From: Candidatus Woesearchaeota archaeon
GTDB taxonomy: Archaea > Nanobdellota > Nanobdellia > Pacearchaeales > GW2011-AR1
Assembly (NCBI GenBank): GCA_964647695.1
Contig: CAZYIS010000001.1
Location: 48,275 to 112,274, forward strand
Length of the DNA: 64,000 nt
Direction: 5' to 3'
Shown here: positions 45,181 through 55,342 of the stretch, piece after piece
How the letters are laid out: each line of letters starts with the position of its first letter
How positions within the stretch are numbered: the first letter of the stretch is position 1
Translations under genes and position numbers: made by a program
The notes under the pieces: model-generated
What the model was told of the DNA's origin: nothing
What the model saw: only the letters and a program-made list of their open reading frames with translations
The model's database searches: none

Positions 45181-46071
45181 CTAGGCTCCGCCAGAACTAA
45201 ACAATACGTTGGCTCCAGTAGATGTTAAAAGAGCAGTAACTGCCAGTATGAATGAGTGTTTTACTCCTGATTTAATAGTCCCTTCCGTAACTTTACCTAT
45301 GACCAATCCGGCAAATAATCCCTGGGCCACCAAAAGATAGAACAATGGACTCGATAGATCATCAATTTTAGTATTAGATCTAGCATTCGAGGTAGAATTA
45401 AAATTCCCATTACCTGCTGTAGCAAAATCCGTATTGCCCACTGATCCAAAAGCGTTTATATTAGCTGTAAGTGGAAGTATTTTGAATTCGATAACCAACA
45501 TAATTCCTATAAATATAAAAAATATAATATATCCCTGAGCCACAATACTGTAAATTGCTGCCTTTCTTTCTTTCTTTAATTTTTCAATTTCAGCTATAGC
45601 TTTGGCGCTGGATTCAAGAATATAATCTATTTCTCCTCCTGCTTTTTCAGCTTCACTTATCAATGTAACTGCTCTAGTTATTACTTCATTATCCACATCT
45701 CTTGCAAAATTCTGCAGAGCCATGCTCAATGGAATACCTACTGAAATTTGATTAGATAATTTAATAATATTTGGGCTCAGAACACCATAATTCTTACTTC
45801 TCATATTAACTATGCTTTTACTAATAGGTGTTCCTGCAGCAACGCTTTCTGCTAGATTTCTAGAAAATTCTAGGAACATGTCTGCTATTTCCTGATTATT
45901 TTTATTATTCAAATTGACATTTATAACAAAAGGTAAGGTTGCAACCGTAAGTGCAAGACCCATTAGAAATAAGAACATATTTGTTTGCCCAGGTCCAATA
46001 AAATATATTAAATCTAATATCATTATTACTGCTGCAATAGAGAAACCCATAATATTTATTTTTTTCATCAT
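45181..46071 (-). CDS. type II/IV secretion system F-domain membrane protein (FlaJ/TadC C-terminal-half-like)
   Basis: 296 aa. T2SSF-like region ...AAGTPISKSIVNMRS...GIPLSMALQNFARDVDNE... Flanked by TM helices. Confidence 0.65.
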   Translation of the reverse strand: MMKKINIMGFSIAAVIMILDLIYFIGPGQTNMFLFLMGLALTVATLPFVINVNLNNKNNQEIADMFLEFSRNLAESVAAGTPISKSIVNMRSKNYGVLSPNIIKLSNQISVGIPLSMALQNFARDVDNEVITRAVTLISEAEKAGGEIDYILESSAKAIAEIEKLKKERKAAIYSIVAQGYIIFFIFIGIMLVIEFKILPLTANINAFGSVGNTDFATAGNGNFNSTSNARSNTKIDDLSSPLFYLLVAQGLFAGLVIGKVTEGTIKSGVKHSFILAVTALLTSTGANVLFSSGGA

Positions 46072-46073
46072 TT

Positions 46074-47372
46074 TTAATAGTTAGGTTGTTTTATATGTAA
46101 TACTGCTAGGAAAATGAGATTTAATAATGCTATTACGGAAATGGATATGGCACTCAACATAAATATGGATATATCTCCAGCAATTCCTAGAACAACGATC
46201 ATTACCAGAAGAATCATAAGAATCATTGGGGCAGCTATAACTATACTTATATAAATGTCCATAAAAGTTTCGGCCATTTTAGTATATTTTTCTCTTTCCA
46301 ATCTATAATTAACCATCAAAGTTTCAGATCTTTTCTCAAAGAATGTTTGCAAATTACTGCCCGAAGTTATGGTTGTGGATAAACCTCCAAACAATTCAGC
46401 CAATCTCTGGCTAGGTGTATTTTTTGCAACATTATTCAATGCCGTAACCAGATCGTAACCATAAACATTAATTTGATTTAAAACTTTTCTAATTTCTTTT
46501 CTCAAATAAGGATATTCCCTATTTAATCCTATAATTTTAAATATTTGAGTTGGTTCTATTCCCGATCCAGATATGGCACTCATGTGGATTACTGCAAATG
46601 GCAGTTCAATTTCTATTTTTCTTGCCAGAGAACCTCTTTCACTTACTGGATATCTATAGATGAAAAAGAAAACTATCATGGGCAAGATAATTGGAATAAG
46701 TAATAACTCTAAAAATCGATTAATTGAAAAAATATTATAAAAACTAAAGAAAGGTGCAATCAAATCAACTTTAATAAATGTAAAGAATACTACTGCAATT
46801 AGCCCTACAAAAATGAATAATAGGGTGGTAAACAAAAGCATGGCCACATAGGTTGAAAATAAAATGTCTATATTTGCTTTTTTGATATCTAGAGATAAAT
46901 CCTTGAAATATCCCTTCCTAATTAAATTTTGGGCAGGTTCTAAAAATAATCTATTGGACATTTTTAGATATCCTCTCGGTGCACGGATTTCATCAAAAAC
47001 TTCAGCGGTGCCGGATCCTTTTTTTCTAAGCTTTCGAATTAACAATTCATTTATACTTAATTCTCTTAGAAGTTTCTCTCTATCTTGTACATTAACCGTT
47101 ACCTGTAGATCCGTTCTGATTCCTTTAAATTCTATTTTTTCCAGAGAAGTATTTCTTTCTTTCTGAGCCAGTTTTTGAACCGAACTAACTTCATCTAATA
47201 TTTTAGGTATGGAATTATTAATTAATTTCATACTATTTTTTAAAGATTCTATGGATGTAAGCAATAATTTTCTTTCCGATGAATTAGCATAATCTAATCT
47301 TCTCAAACTATTAGAAATCTCTCTAAGTATTTCTATTTCAGTTTCTACATTCTGTTTAAGTTCATCGATCAT
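46074..47372 (-). CDS. type II/IV secretion system F-domain membrane protein (FlaJ/TadC N-terminal-half-like) with N-terminal coiled coil
   Basis: 432 aa. T2SSF-like ELPFAVIHMSAISGSGIEPTQIFKII...LAELFGGLSTTITSG. Multiple TM helices. Confidence 0.65.
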   Translation of the reverse strand: MIDELKQNVETEIEILREISNSLRRLDYANSSERKLLLTSIESLKNSMKLINNSIPKILDEVSSVQKLAQKERNTSLEKIEFKGIRTDLQVTVNVQDREKLLRELSINELLIRKLRKKGSGTAEVFDEIRAPRGYLKMSNRLFLEPAQNLIRKGYFKDLSLDIKKANIDILFSTYVAMLLFTTLLFIFVGLIAVVFFTFIKVDLIAPFFSFYNIFSINRFLELLLIPIILPMIVFFFIYRYPVSERGSLARKIEIELPFAVIHMSAISGSGIEPTQIFKIIGLNREYPYLRKEIRKVLNQINVYGYDLVTALNNVAKNTPSQRLAELFGGLSTTITSGSNLQTFFEKRSETLMVNYRLEREKYTKMAETFMDIYISIVIAAPMILMILLVMIVVLGIAGDISIFMLSAISISVIALLNLIFLAVLHIKQPNY

Positions 47373-47383
47373 ATTAATTTATC

Positions 47384-47530
47384 TATTTGTGATTGAAAAT
47401 TAATGATTTCTTTTTTTGCAGAATTAACTTTTTCCAGATCCTTTCTTTTTTGTGCATCCTGTAGTTTAGAAATTGCATCTTTTATACCCGTTAGTAACTG
47501 GGCGATGAGTGTAACGTCCTCTTTTTCCAT
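47384..47530 (-). CDS. small coiled-coil ORF between ATPase and membrane component
   Basis: 48 aa, MEKEDVTLIAQLLTGIKDAISKLQDAQKRKDLEKVNSAKKE... The ATG is 3 nt after the ATPase stop. Below the ORF-track cutoff; hand-translated. Confidence 0.25.
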
Positions 47531-47533
47531 CGA

Positions 47534-49063
47534 TTAACCTTCCACAATATTATATTTATTAAGGATTTCTACTGGATTTTTATAGTAATCATTTATTATT
47601 TTCTGTATCTCTTCAAATCCAAAAACTTTCTGTTTATATAGCTCATATAGTAATCTAGAACGAGTTACAAATTCTTTTTGTAATTTTTCCAAAGGAATAC
47701 CATTTTTAGAAGATATCTTTTCAAAAACTTTACTTTGTTTTTTATGATAAAAGAAGTCCTTTGCCGGATCCCAGACCAGAGGAGTATTGATCAATGCAGT
47801 TCCATCCCTATTAACATTTATTATTTCCACGACTTCTTTTAATTTTCTTGTTTCTCTCTTATTAACCACTGCATGAGTGGCGATGGCAACACAGTCCAAT
47901 GAATTTACCAGCGTTGGTGAAAGATCAATAGGTGGTGTTTGTAATCTTCTAATAAGTGTATCCACCGAATCTGCGTGCATGGTACTTATGGCTGCGTGTC
48001 CCGAGGCCATACCCTGGAACAAAACCGATGCTTCGGCTCCTCTAACTTCTCCCACTATTAAATAGTCAGGATTTTGTCTAAATGAATTCTTAAGAATTGC
48101 GAATAAATCTACTTCTCCAACTTTTCCAACTCCTATGGACGTTCTAGCTACGGCTGGAAGCCAATTTTCTCTTGGTAGATTTATTTCTCTTGTATCTTCT
48201 ATGGATACTACTCTTGCTTCAGGAGGTATAAAGAAGGCCAATGCGTTAAGTAAAGTAGTTTTACCAGATGCCGTTCCTCCAGATATCAATATGCTTGATT
48301 TATATTGGATCAATATCCAGAAGTAGGCTAACATTTCTGGACTAACCGTATTAAGACTTATTAATTGAGTTGGAGTCCAAGGTATCTTAGTAAACTTTCT
48401 AATGGTATAGGTTGGTCCTCTAGAGGTTACATCCTTAGTATAGGTTGCATTAACTCTGCTTCCATCAGGTAATGTGCCGTCCAACAATGGTTGTGCATAG
48501 GAAACATATCTTCCGGTTCTTTGGGCTAATTTTTCTACAAAACTAGCCAATTTATCCACATCCTTGTAATTAAGATTTGTTCTTAGATTTCTATAAACTC
48601 TATGGACTACATAAACTGGAGTATCTACGCCATTACATTCTATATCTTCTATAAAATAATCTCTCAAAATTGGATCCACATCATTTAATCCTATAAAATC
48701 TCTAAATAAATAATAAAATATTTTTGTGTAGGTTTCCTTACTTATCTTTAGATTCAATTCAGAAATTAATAATCTTGCAGTCTTATCTATATATTCAGTA
48801 GTAGCATCAATGGTATTTTCCACAGCCACATTTATATTAATCAACTCAAGCATAGCATTTTCTAGTTTTTCAAGAGCTTCTTTTTCATAATCCTGCAGTA
48901 AAGGTTCTTCTATATCATAAACCAATTCATTTATATTTTCATCCCAATAGATATGTGCCGAAGCATAGGGTGGTATCAACATATACCTCACATTTATCTT
49001 TTTTTTATCATCCACTCTCGGCAAAGCCGGAATGGCAGGGTTAGTATTAATTACTATTGCCAT
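47534..49063 (-). CDS. type IV pilus/archaellum-family secretion ATPase (FlaI/TadA/VirB11-like)
   Basis: 509 aa. Walker A SGGTASGKTT, Asp/His boxes, Walker B LIVGEVRG. Confidence 0.85.
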   Translation of the reverse strand: MAIVINTNPAIPALPRVDDKKKINVRYMLIPPYASAHIYWDENINELVYDIEEPLLQDYEKEALEKLENAMLELININVAVENTIDATTEYIDKTARLLISELNLKISKETYTKIFYYLFRDFIGLNDVDPILRDYFIEDIECNGVDTPVYVVHRVYRNLRTNLNYKDVDKLASFVEKLAQRTGRYVSYAQPLLDGTLPDGSRVNATYTKDVTSRGPTYTIRKFTKIPWTPTQLISLNTVSPEMLAYFWILIQYKSSILISGGTASGKTTLLNALAFFIPPEARVVSIEDTREINLPRENWLPAVARTSIGVGKVGEVDLFAILKNSFRQNPDYLIVGEVRGAEASVLFQGMASGHAAISTMHADSVDTLIRRLQTPPIDLSPTLVNSLDCVAIATHAVVNKRETRKLKEVVEIINVNRDGTALINTPLVWDPAKDFFYHKKQSKVFEKISSKNGIPLEKLQKEFVTRSRLLYELYKQKVFGFEEIQKIINDYYKNPVEILNKYNIVEG

Positions 49064-49110
49064 AGGGTAAAAAGAATAAACTTACTTATAAAACTATCTT
49101 TTTATACTCG

Positions 49111-49620
49111 CTAACTAATTTTAAAATCCATATTTGTACCGTTATTATATATGCTTATCTTATAGGCGCTGGCTGCCGGAGCAAGAACCTTATTCTGATG
49201 GCTTCCCTCATAGGTTATATTAAAATTAGCATAGTTTAAACTAATTATCACGCTATTCTTCTTATCTCCCTTTAGAGAAACAATATTAACATTTCCATCA
49301 TTAAAACTAACATTATTTTCTGAATAAAGATTGCTAAGATCATCTATTTTTAAAAATATTTTATTATTTACTCCATCTATATCTAAAAATCCTCTTCTAA
49401 TGGTAAACTCAGGTATTCTCAAACTTCCACTGGATCTTGCAACTTCTCTAATTTGGGAATCAATTTCTTTCATGGAATTGATACTTTGCTGTATTACTAT
49501 ATTATCTTTAGATTGATTTATCTTAGGCATTGCAAAACCTAGAACTATTCCTATGATTGCCAAACCTACAATGGTATACAAAACTGTTTCAATCCAAACC
49601 TGTCCTAGTTTACTTCTCAT
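49111..49620 (-). CDS. prepilin-like protein with bacterial-type Glu+5 (G|QVWIE)
   Basis: 169 aa. MRSKLG|QVWIETVLYTIVGLAIIGIVLGF. Confidence 0.55.
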   Translation of the reverse strand: MRSKLGQVWIETVLYTIVGLAIIGIVLGFAMPKINQSKDNIVIQQSINSMKEIDSQIREVARSSGSLRIPEFTIRRGFLDIDGVNNKIFLKIDDLSNLYSENNVSFNDGNVNIVSLKGDKKNSVIISLNYANFNITYEGSHQNKVLAPAASAYKISIYNNGTNMDFKIS

Positions 49621-50172
49621 TTAAAGAGATACCCCATTACATTGATTTAAAGTTATTGAATCAGATGAAGTACAAATTCCCGAATCCAACAAAACCTGAA
49701 CCTGAGCAGAGGAATATTTTAGGCTGGCATTGTAAACATAGGTCATGGTTTCCATAGGTCCATTAAAGGTTATATTTGCATTTTTGTCCTCTATATTCCA
49801 CAAATCTACTCTTTTTATGCCCTTGCTAATATTAAAGCTAGTAACATTATTAGCATCATCCTTCAAAATAATCACAAATCCCTTTATTCTATTCAATTGA
49901 TCAGAATTCAAATTATCTGTTTTCAAACTTATTCCAGTTAAATAATAATTATTTTCATTTTGCCAGCAATTATAATTATTAACTGCAGAACCATTATCTA
50001 ATTTATCTTCAAATGAAACATAGGTATTATAGGCATTACATTTTGTTGCATCTCCCAGAGATTTTTCAACAAATGGTTTCATAAAAGCAATTAATGCAGC
50101 TGCTGCAACAACGGTGAGCAAAATTAATAAAATTGCTGCAATAACTTCAGATACGCCCTTTTTATTTTTCAT
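49621..50172 (-). CDS. archaeal type IV pilin (class III signal peptide)
   Basis: 183 aa. MKNKKG|VSEVIAAILLILLTVVAAAALIAF. Confidence 0.6.
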   Translation of the reverse strand: MKNKKGVSEVIAAILLILLTVVAAAALIAFMKPFVEKSLGDATKCNAYNTYVSFEDKLDNGSAVNNYNCWQNENNYYLTGISLKTDNLNSDQLNRIKGFVIILKDDANNVTSFNISKGIKRVDLWNIEDKNANITFNGPMETMTYVYNASLKYSSAQVQVLLDSGICTSSDSITLNQCNGVSL

Positions 50173-50174
50173 TA

Positions 50175-50669
50175 TTAAGAAACCACTACCTCTACATAAT
50201 TATTACTACAGGCATATTCTTTCTTACTGCTTCCATCTTGTAATATTCCTAGAAGAACGGCAACAACTCTAACGCTATTTCCTTTAGCTATTCCATTTGC
50301 AGGTACGGTTAGTGAAGAATCATCTCCACTGGTTAATGGACCTCCAGAAAAGCTAGCATTACCTATGATTTTAACCGAGGCCAATCCTTTCCTAGCTACT
50401 TGTATTCCCTGAATAGGTATGTTTCCACTATTTTGTAATTCTATTTTTAAATCGCTTCCAGATAAAATTGCATTGGCACTAAACACCAATTGATCTGCGC
50501 CACAAAAGTTTTCAATTGCTTCAGGTCCAGCACCCAAATCTTTCTGTATTTTTTCTCCTATAAATGCTTTAACCCATAGGAATATTATCAATGCAATTAT
50601 AACTGCAATCAATATAAGTAAAGTAGTTGCAATAACTGGAGACAAACCTTTTTTATTTTTCAGAATCAT
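50175..50669 (-). CDS. archaeal type IV pilin (class III signal peptide)
   Basis: 164 aa. KNKKG|LSPVIATTLLILIAVIIALIIF is the canonical archaeal prepilin N-terminus. Confidence 0.65.
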   Translation of the reverse strand: MILKNKKGLSPVIATTLLILIAVIIALIIFLWVKAFIGEKIQKDLGAGPEAIENFCGADQLVFSANAILSGSDLKIELQNSGNIPIQGIQVARKGLASVKIIGNASFSGGPLTSGDDSSLTVPANGIAKGNSVRVVAVLLGILQDGSSKKEYACSNNYVEVVVS

Positions 50670-50670
50670 A

Positions 50671-52407
50671 TTATTTTTTCCTTTTTATTTTATTATTTCT
50701 TTTACTCATCAAATATAAATAAATTAGTGCAATAATAACCAAAACTATGATTAAATTAGTAGTTGAAAAGAAAGGCAATAGGGCTACTTCTCTACAAGGA
50801 ATTTGTATATATTGACTTTGATCACATAATTGGGCAGGGCTACATTGGCCCGCAACCGAAGTAACTGTAACTTTGGCAGTTCTATAACCATTAACGCAGG
50901 TATTGTTTATACTATCATAAGCCGTAACACAAGAACCTTGGAAAACATCCCTCTTGTAAACTTCTTCCTTTACTCCACAGGATTTAGTACTATTATCCCA
51001 ACTACATCTATTTATTATATTTCCGTCACAGGAAGCATTAATAGGTGCCCAGGCAATTACATTATTGGTGGCATTCAACATATGAGTTTCACATATACTT
51101 TGATTGGTATTATTGAATTGAGTGCAATCGGTAGTTACATATGGAACAAAATCAGTTTCATTTAATATTTGAGCAATATAACTTTTTCTTACTATTTCTC
51201 CCGGTTGAGAATGATTATAACTCAAATTGAAATAAACCCAGTCACCGATGTGAAAACTCGTATTCAATGCAGGAGTTGAATAGAAATTAAATTGAGTTAA
51301 GCCCAGAGCCACACCATCTGATTCTACCGAAAGATTAGCATGATCCCAAACCCATTGAGAATTATTTGAATTAATCAAACTAGGCAATAATGATTCACCA
51401 GTCAAATAATCAGTTTTACCATAAAGATTTATATCAAATTTCTTTCCAAATCCTCCGCCATCACTTACATTGACAATCAGACTTTTATCCGTTCCATTTA
51501 CAAATCTAGCTTCGGTAATATTTTTTACCGCTGGAATAATTATTACCGGTGCTGCAGCTTTACAACAAACCTGATAGGAATAATATCCCGGTGCTCCAAT
51601 ATGGGCATTTGTCATAAAAGACATGGACATTATATCGGTTGTATTTGCTGGGCAATTAAGGAAAGCCCAATTACATGACAAATCGCCATAGCAAACTTCA
51701 ATAGGATAACTCAAACCAACACCATCGAAAGAAACATGGGAGTTTGTTAATGAATTTAAAAATAAGACATGATTATTAGATTCAGGTCTATTATACTGAA
51801 TATTTGTCCTGTTACATTCCCAAGGATTTGCGCCCGTATATTGATGTCCAAATAAATCATTGTAACAAATACTTACATTATAATTTGGATCCTTATAGGT
51901 GGAATTATAAAATGCTGCATGAGAATTATTTTGAGCATAAAGCGTCAATATGGTTTGATTAGGAATTGCACAACCTGTTGTTAAAGTAGGAGATCCACTA
52001 TAAAGTGAGAATGTAAAAGTAGGACTTGGAAGCTCAGTTCTGGCACTACTATAATATCTAATTCTATCTACAAATTTGTAAGAGCTTCCTGGTTGAATAC
52101 CTGCCGTAGGAATATCTAAATTCCAATAGGGTTGACCACTTATATTTCCATCCTGATTATAAGCTCGAAAAGTTGGACCACTGATAGGCATATTAGTTAT
52201 AATTACATTAGAATTATTATTAGAATTTATCACAAAATCTCCATTATTAGTCAAAGTTAAATTTGCAACCATCAGTCCAGTTTGTGCATCCACTCTAGTT
52301 CCAGAAATAGAAAAATTTACGCTTATAGATAGAGCACTTACAAAACCCGTGCTAATAATAAAACTAAATATTAAAAATAATAGACCTAGTTTCGACCACT
52401 TTTTCAT
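50671..52407 (-). CDS. large secreted Cys-rich surface protein with C-terminal TM anchor, first gene of the pilus operon (putative adhesin/tip component)
   Basis: 578 aa. Signal peptide. Many Cys and NxS/T. C-terminal LLPFFSTTNLIIVLVIIALIYLYL followed by a KR-rich tail. Confidence 0.55.
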   Translation of the reverse strand: MKKWSKLGLLFLIFSFIISTGFVSALSISVNFSISGTRVDAQTGLMVANLTLTNNGDFVINSNNNSNVIITNMPISGPTFRAYNQDGNISGQPYWNLDIPTAGIQPGSSYKFVDRIRYYSSARTELPSPTFTFSLYSGSPTLTTGCAIPNQTILTLYAQNNSHAAFYNSTYKDPNYNVSICYNDLFGHQYTGANPWECNRTNIQYNRPESNNHVLFLNSLTNSHVSFDGVGLSYPIEVCYGDLSCNWAFLNCPANTTDIMSMSFMTNAHIGAPGYYSYQVCCKAAAPVIIIPAVKNITEARFVNGTDKSLIVNVSDGGGFGKKFDINLYGKTDYLTGESLLPSLINSNNSQWVWDHANLSVESDGVALGLTQFNFYSTPALNTSFHIGDWVYFNLSYNHSQPGEIVRKSYIAQILNETDFVPYVTTDCTQFNNTNQSICETHMLNATNNVIAWAPINASCDGNIINRCSWDNSTKSCGVKEEVYKRDVFQGSCVTAYDSINNTCVNGYRTAKVTVTSVAGQCSPAQLCDQSQYIQIPCREVALLPFFSTTNLIIVLVIIALIYLYLMSKRNNKIKRKK

Positions 52408-52448
52408 ATTTTAAAGAGAGAATTAATGTTTATAAACATTTATTTTAC

Positions 52449-53387
52449 CTACTTAGATTTACTAATATGTTCAAAAGCCGAATAGGCTGCAGTGCAACCC
52501 TCTGCAACACCCGTTATGGCTTGTTTGAACGGTTTATCTGCCACATCTCCTGCAGCATAAACTCCTTTCAAATTAGTTTCTGAAGTTTTATGATCTATTA
52601 TTATCTCCCCCTTACCATTAAGAGTAACTCCCAGTTCTTTTGCTAAATCCGAAAGAGCAATATGTCCTATGGCTACAAAAATACCATTCAATTGTAATTC
52701 CTTAGAACCATTAAATTCTCTGTCTAGAATTACGGATTTAACGCTTTTTTCTCCTCTAACTTCCATCACATTGGCGTTATTTATAATTTCAATTCTTGGA
52801 TTTTTAGCAATTCGGTCAATATTTATCGGTTCAGCTCTGATTTTATCTTTTCTATAGATTATGTAAACCTTTTTTGCATGTTCAGCCAATACCAATGCAT
52901 CCTTTGCTGCACTATCACTTCCACCAATTACTGCTGCTATCTTATTTTTATACAATGGGGAGTCACACAATGCACAATAAGCTACTCCCCTATTCTCAAA
53001 TTCTATGCTTCCTGGAACTTCAAGTTTTTTCCATTTGGTTCCGGTTGCAAATAATATGGTCTTTGCTTCGTAATCATTTTTATCAGTTTTAATTAAAAAC
53101 AAATCTTTCTTTTTTTCAATTTTCGATACTTTTTCTTCCCTCAAAGTTACCTGCTCATAGGCCAGGGCATGTTCTCTTATCTTATCAGCCAACTCCGGTC
53201 CCGAGAGTTTAATAAATCCCGGATAATTTTCCACGACATTGGTGGTAGTAATTACGCCTCCCAATGGCATTTCAGAACCATTATTTGTTCCCAAACAGAT
53301 AGTTTTCATTCCTAATCTTGCACCATACATTGCGGCAGCCATTCCTGCGACTCCTGCACCAACAATTAAAAAATCATATTTTTCCAT
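52449..53387 (-). CDS. trxB: thioredoxin-disulfide reductase
   Basis: 312 aa. FAD motif IVGAGVAGMAAAMYG, redox-active CALCD, NADPH motif GGSDSA. Confidence 0.85.
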   Translation of the reverse strand: MEKYDFLIVGAGVAGMAAAMYGARLGMKTICLGTNNGSEMPLGGVITTTNVVENYPGFIKLSGPELADKIREHALAYEQVTLREEKVSKIEKKKDLFLIKTDKNDYEAKTILFATGTKWKKLEVPGSIEFENRGVAYCALCDSPLYKNKIAAVIGGSDSAAKDALVLAEHAKKVYIIYRKDKIRAEPINIDRIAKNPRIEIINNANVMEVRGEKSVKSVILDREFNGSKELQLNGIFVAIGHIALSDLAKELGVTLNGKGEIIIDHKTSETNLKGVYAAGDVADKPFKQAITGVAEGCTAAYSAFEHISKSK

Positions 53388-53462
53388 AAAAAAGCTTATT
53401 CCGCTGATTATATAAATTATTCCATAGAAAAATATATTAATTATTGTTACTAATAAATATGG

Positions 53463-54212
53463 ATGAATAAAAGATATTCTTTAATTCTGTCCATTCTAAT
53501 AACTTTTTTTATATTTATAAACATTTTTTTGATTGAACAACAATATAATTCAAATGCTAGAGAAAAAGTAATAATTTCAAGAGTAATCGATGGCGATACT
53601 CTGGAATTAGACGATGGTCGCATAATTCGTCTTCTAAACATCAATTCTCCTGAAAAAGGAGTTATTGGTGCTGAAAAGTCTGCTGAGTTTCTATCTTCTT
53701 TTCAATCAAATCAAGTGGAGATTGAAATAACTGGAAAAGATAAATATTTTAGAAATCTAGCGAAACTCTATACTCCCAATTACATAAATTTAGAACTAGT
53801 TCAAAAAGGTTTAGCCTCTAAATTTCTAGTTCAAAAAGATGAATTGAAACAATTTGCCGATGCCGAAAAGAATGCAATTCAGAATTCTTCGGGAATTTGG
53901 GAAAAATCCTATTCCTTCAACTGTTTTAATTCCAGCATAGATTATAAAAATGAAATTATCACTCTAGAGAATCATTGCCCGTCGATCTCTACTGAAAATT
54001 GGACTCTGAAAGATGAAAGCCGAACCACCTATTATTTCAAGAGAAATATTAGCTCAAACCTATTCCGAATTCATTCGGGCTTCGGAATAGATAATTCCAC
54101 AGATATATTTTGGAATTCAAAACAACCCATCTGGAACAACGACCGCGATTCACTATATTTATTTGATGAAAATAAAAAATTAGTACATTATGAAACCTAC
54201 GGTTATTATTAG
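53463..54212 (+). CDS. secreted staphylococcal-nuclease (SNase/thermonuclease)-like protein
   Basis: 249 aa. N-terminal TM/signal. RVIDGDTLELDDGRIIRLLNINSPE is the SNase signature. Confidence 0.75.
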   Translation: MNKRYSLILSILITFFIFINIFLIEQQYNSNAREKVIISRVIDGDTLELDDGRIIRLLNINSPEKGVIGAEKSAEFLSSFQSNQVEIEITGKDKYFRNLAKLYTPNYINLELVQKGLASKFLVQKDELKQFADAEKNAIQNSSGIWEKSYSFNCFNSSIDYKNEIITLENHCPSISTENWTLKDESRTTYYFKRNISSNLFRIHSGFGIDNSTDIFWNSKQPIWNNDRDSLYLFDENKKLVHYETYGYY

Positions 54213-54741
54213 TCTAAGCATTTTTCTAATATTTTCCATTAACCTAGTCTGTGCTTCAAATTTTGACTTTCACTATAGCAATATATCAAAAATAAATGAT
54301 GAAATAATTGTAACTCTAATAAATTACAATATTTCTGATGTTCAAGACATTAAACTGTATATTCATAATTCCAGCGATGATAAAATAGTTCGTTCCGAGA
54401 TATTATCCAACACTCTCAATTCAGGTATTTGGAAAGATTCTTGGAATTATATTTCGTCTTCATTTCCCGATAATCTCAGTTATAAAATTAAGTTAACTTC
54501 CTATTCAAATAATTCTTCCATCTGTGTAAAACTAAGAAAAGTAAATTCATCTAAAACCGAAGAGCTATGTAAAACATTCATTCAAAACCTAGAACCCATC
54601 AATTCCTATAAAAATCTAAAACCTTCCAAATCTTCTTTTTCCACAGATTTGGAAAATCTAAGACTAGGCATTACACTCTCTTCATTCATACTGATACTCC
54701 TTATTTTCCTAATTTTAACTTTAGATATTAGGGATTTGTAA
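54190..54741 (+). CDS. secreted protein with C-terminal TM anchor
   Basis: 183 aa. Signal peptide plus a C-terminal hydrophobic segment. Confidence 0.4.
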   Translation: MKPTVIISLSIFLIFSINLVCASNFDFHYSNISKINDEIIVTLINYNISDVQDIKLYIHNSSDDKIVRSEILSNTLNSGIWKDSWNYISSSFPDNLSYKIKLTSYSNNSSICVKLRKVNSSKTEELCKTFIQNLEPINSYKNLKPSKSSFSTDLENLRLGITLSSFILILLIFLILTLDIRDL

Positions 54742-54787
54742 TCTTCAGAAACTTAATATTTAAAAATAGGGTTTTTCTACTCTTTCC

Positions 54788-55342
54788 ATGGAAGGAACTA
54801 AACTTACAGGTATTATGATTCTAGAAATCCTAGGTAGACCTAAAGAGACCATTGAAGGAGCATTAAGAGCAGTGGTAGACAAGCTCTCTAAAGAAAAGGG
54901 CGTAAAACTGATAAAAACTGATTTCCATGAGACTAAATCCGTAGAAAATGCAAAAGATTTATTCACTACTTTCGTAGAAATTGAACTTGAATTTGATTCT
55001 CTAGAAACCTACTTCTATACTTTATTTGCCTATATGCCTTCCCATGTAGAAATCATTAGTCCTAACAATGTTAATTTTACCATTCAACATCTAAATGAAT
55101 TCGGAAATAAATTAATACAAAAGTTACATGATTATGATTCCATTGTTCAAAAAACATTAAACGAAAGGGATTTCCTAACTAAAAAATTATTTGAAGTTGC
55201 ACCTCACCTATTCAAACCAGCAAATGCTCCCGTAACACCTCCAGTTCAAAATAATTCTTCCAGTCAACCAACCAATGAATCTACTAAACCATCAAAATCC
55301 GTAAAGAAGAAATCTAAAAAATCAAGTAAAAAGAAAAATTAA
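54788..55342 (+). CDS. hypothetical protein with Lys/Ser-rich C-terminal tail
   Basis: 184-aa ORF. Confidence 0.4.
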   Translation: MEGTKLTGIMILEILGRPKETIEGALRAVVDKLSKEKGVKLIKTDFHETKSVENAKDLFTTFVEIELEFDSLETYFYTLFAYMPSHVEIISPNNVNFTIQHLNEFGNKLIQKLHDYDSIVQKTLNERDFLTKKLFEVAPHLFKPANAPVTPPVQNNSSSQPTNESTKPSKSVKKKSKKSSKKKN

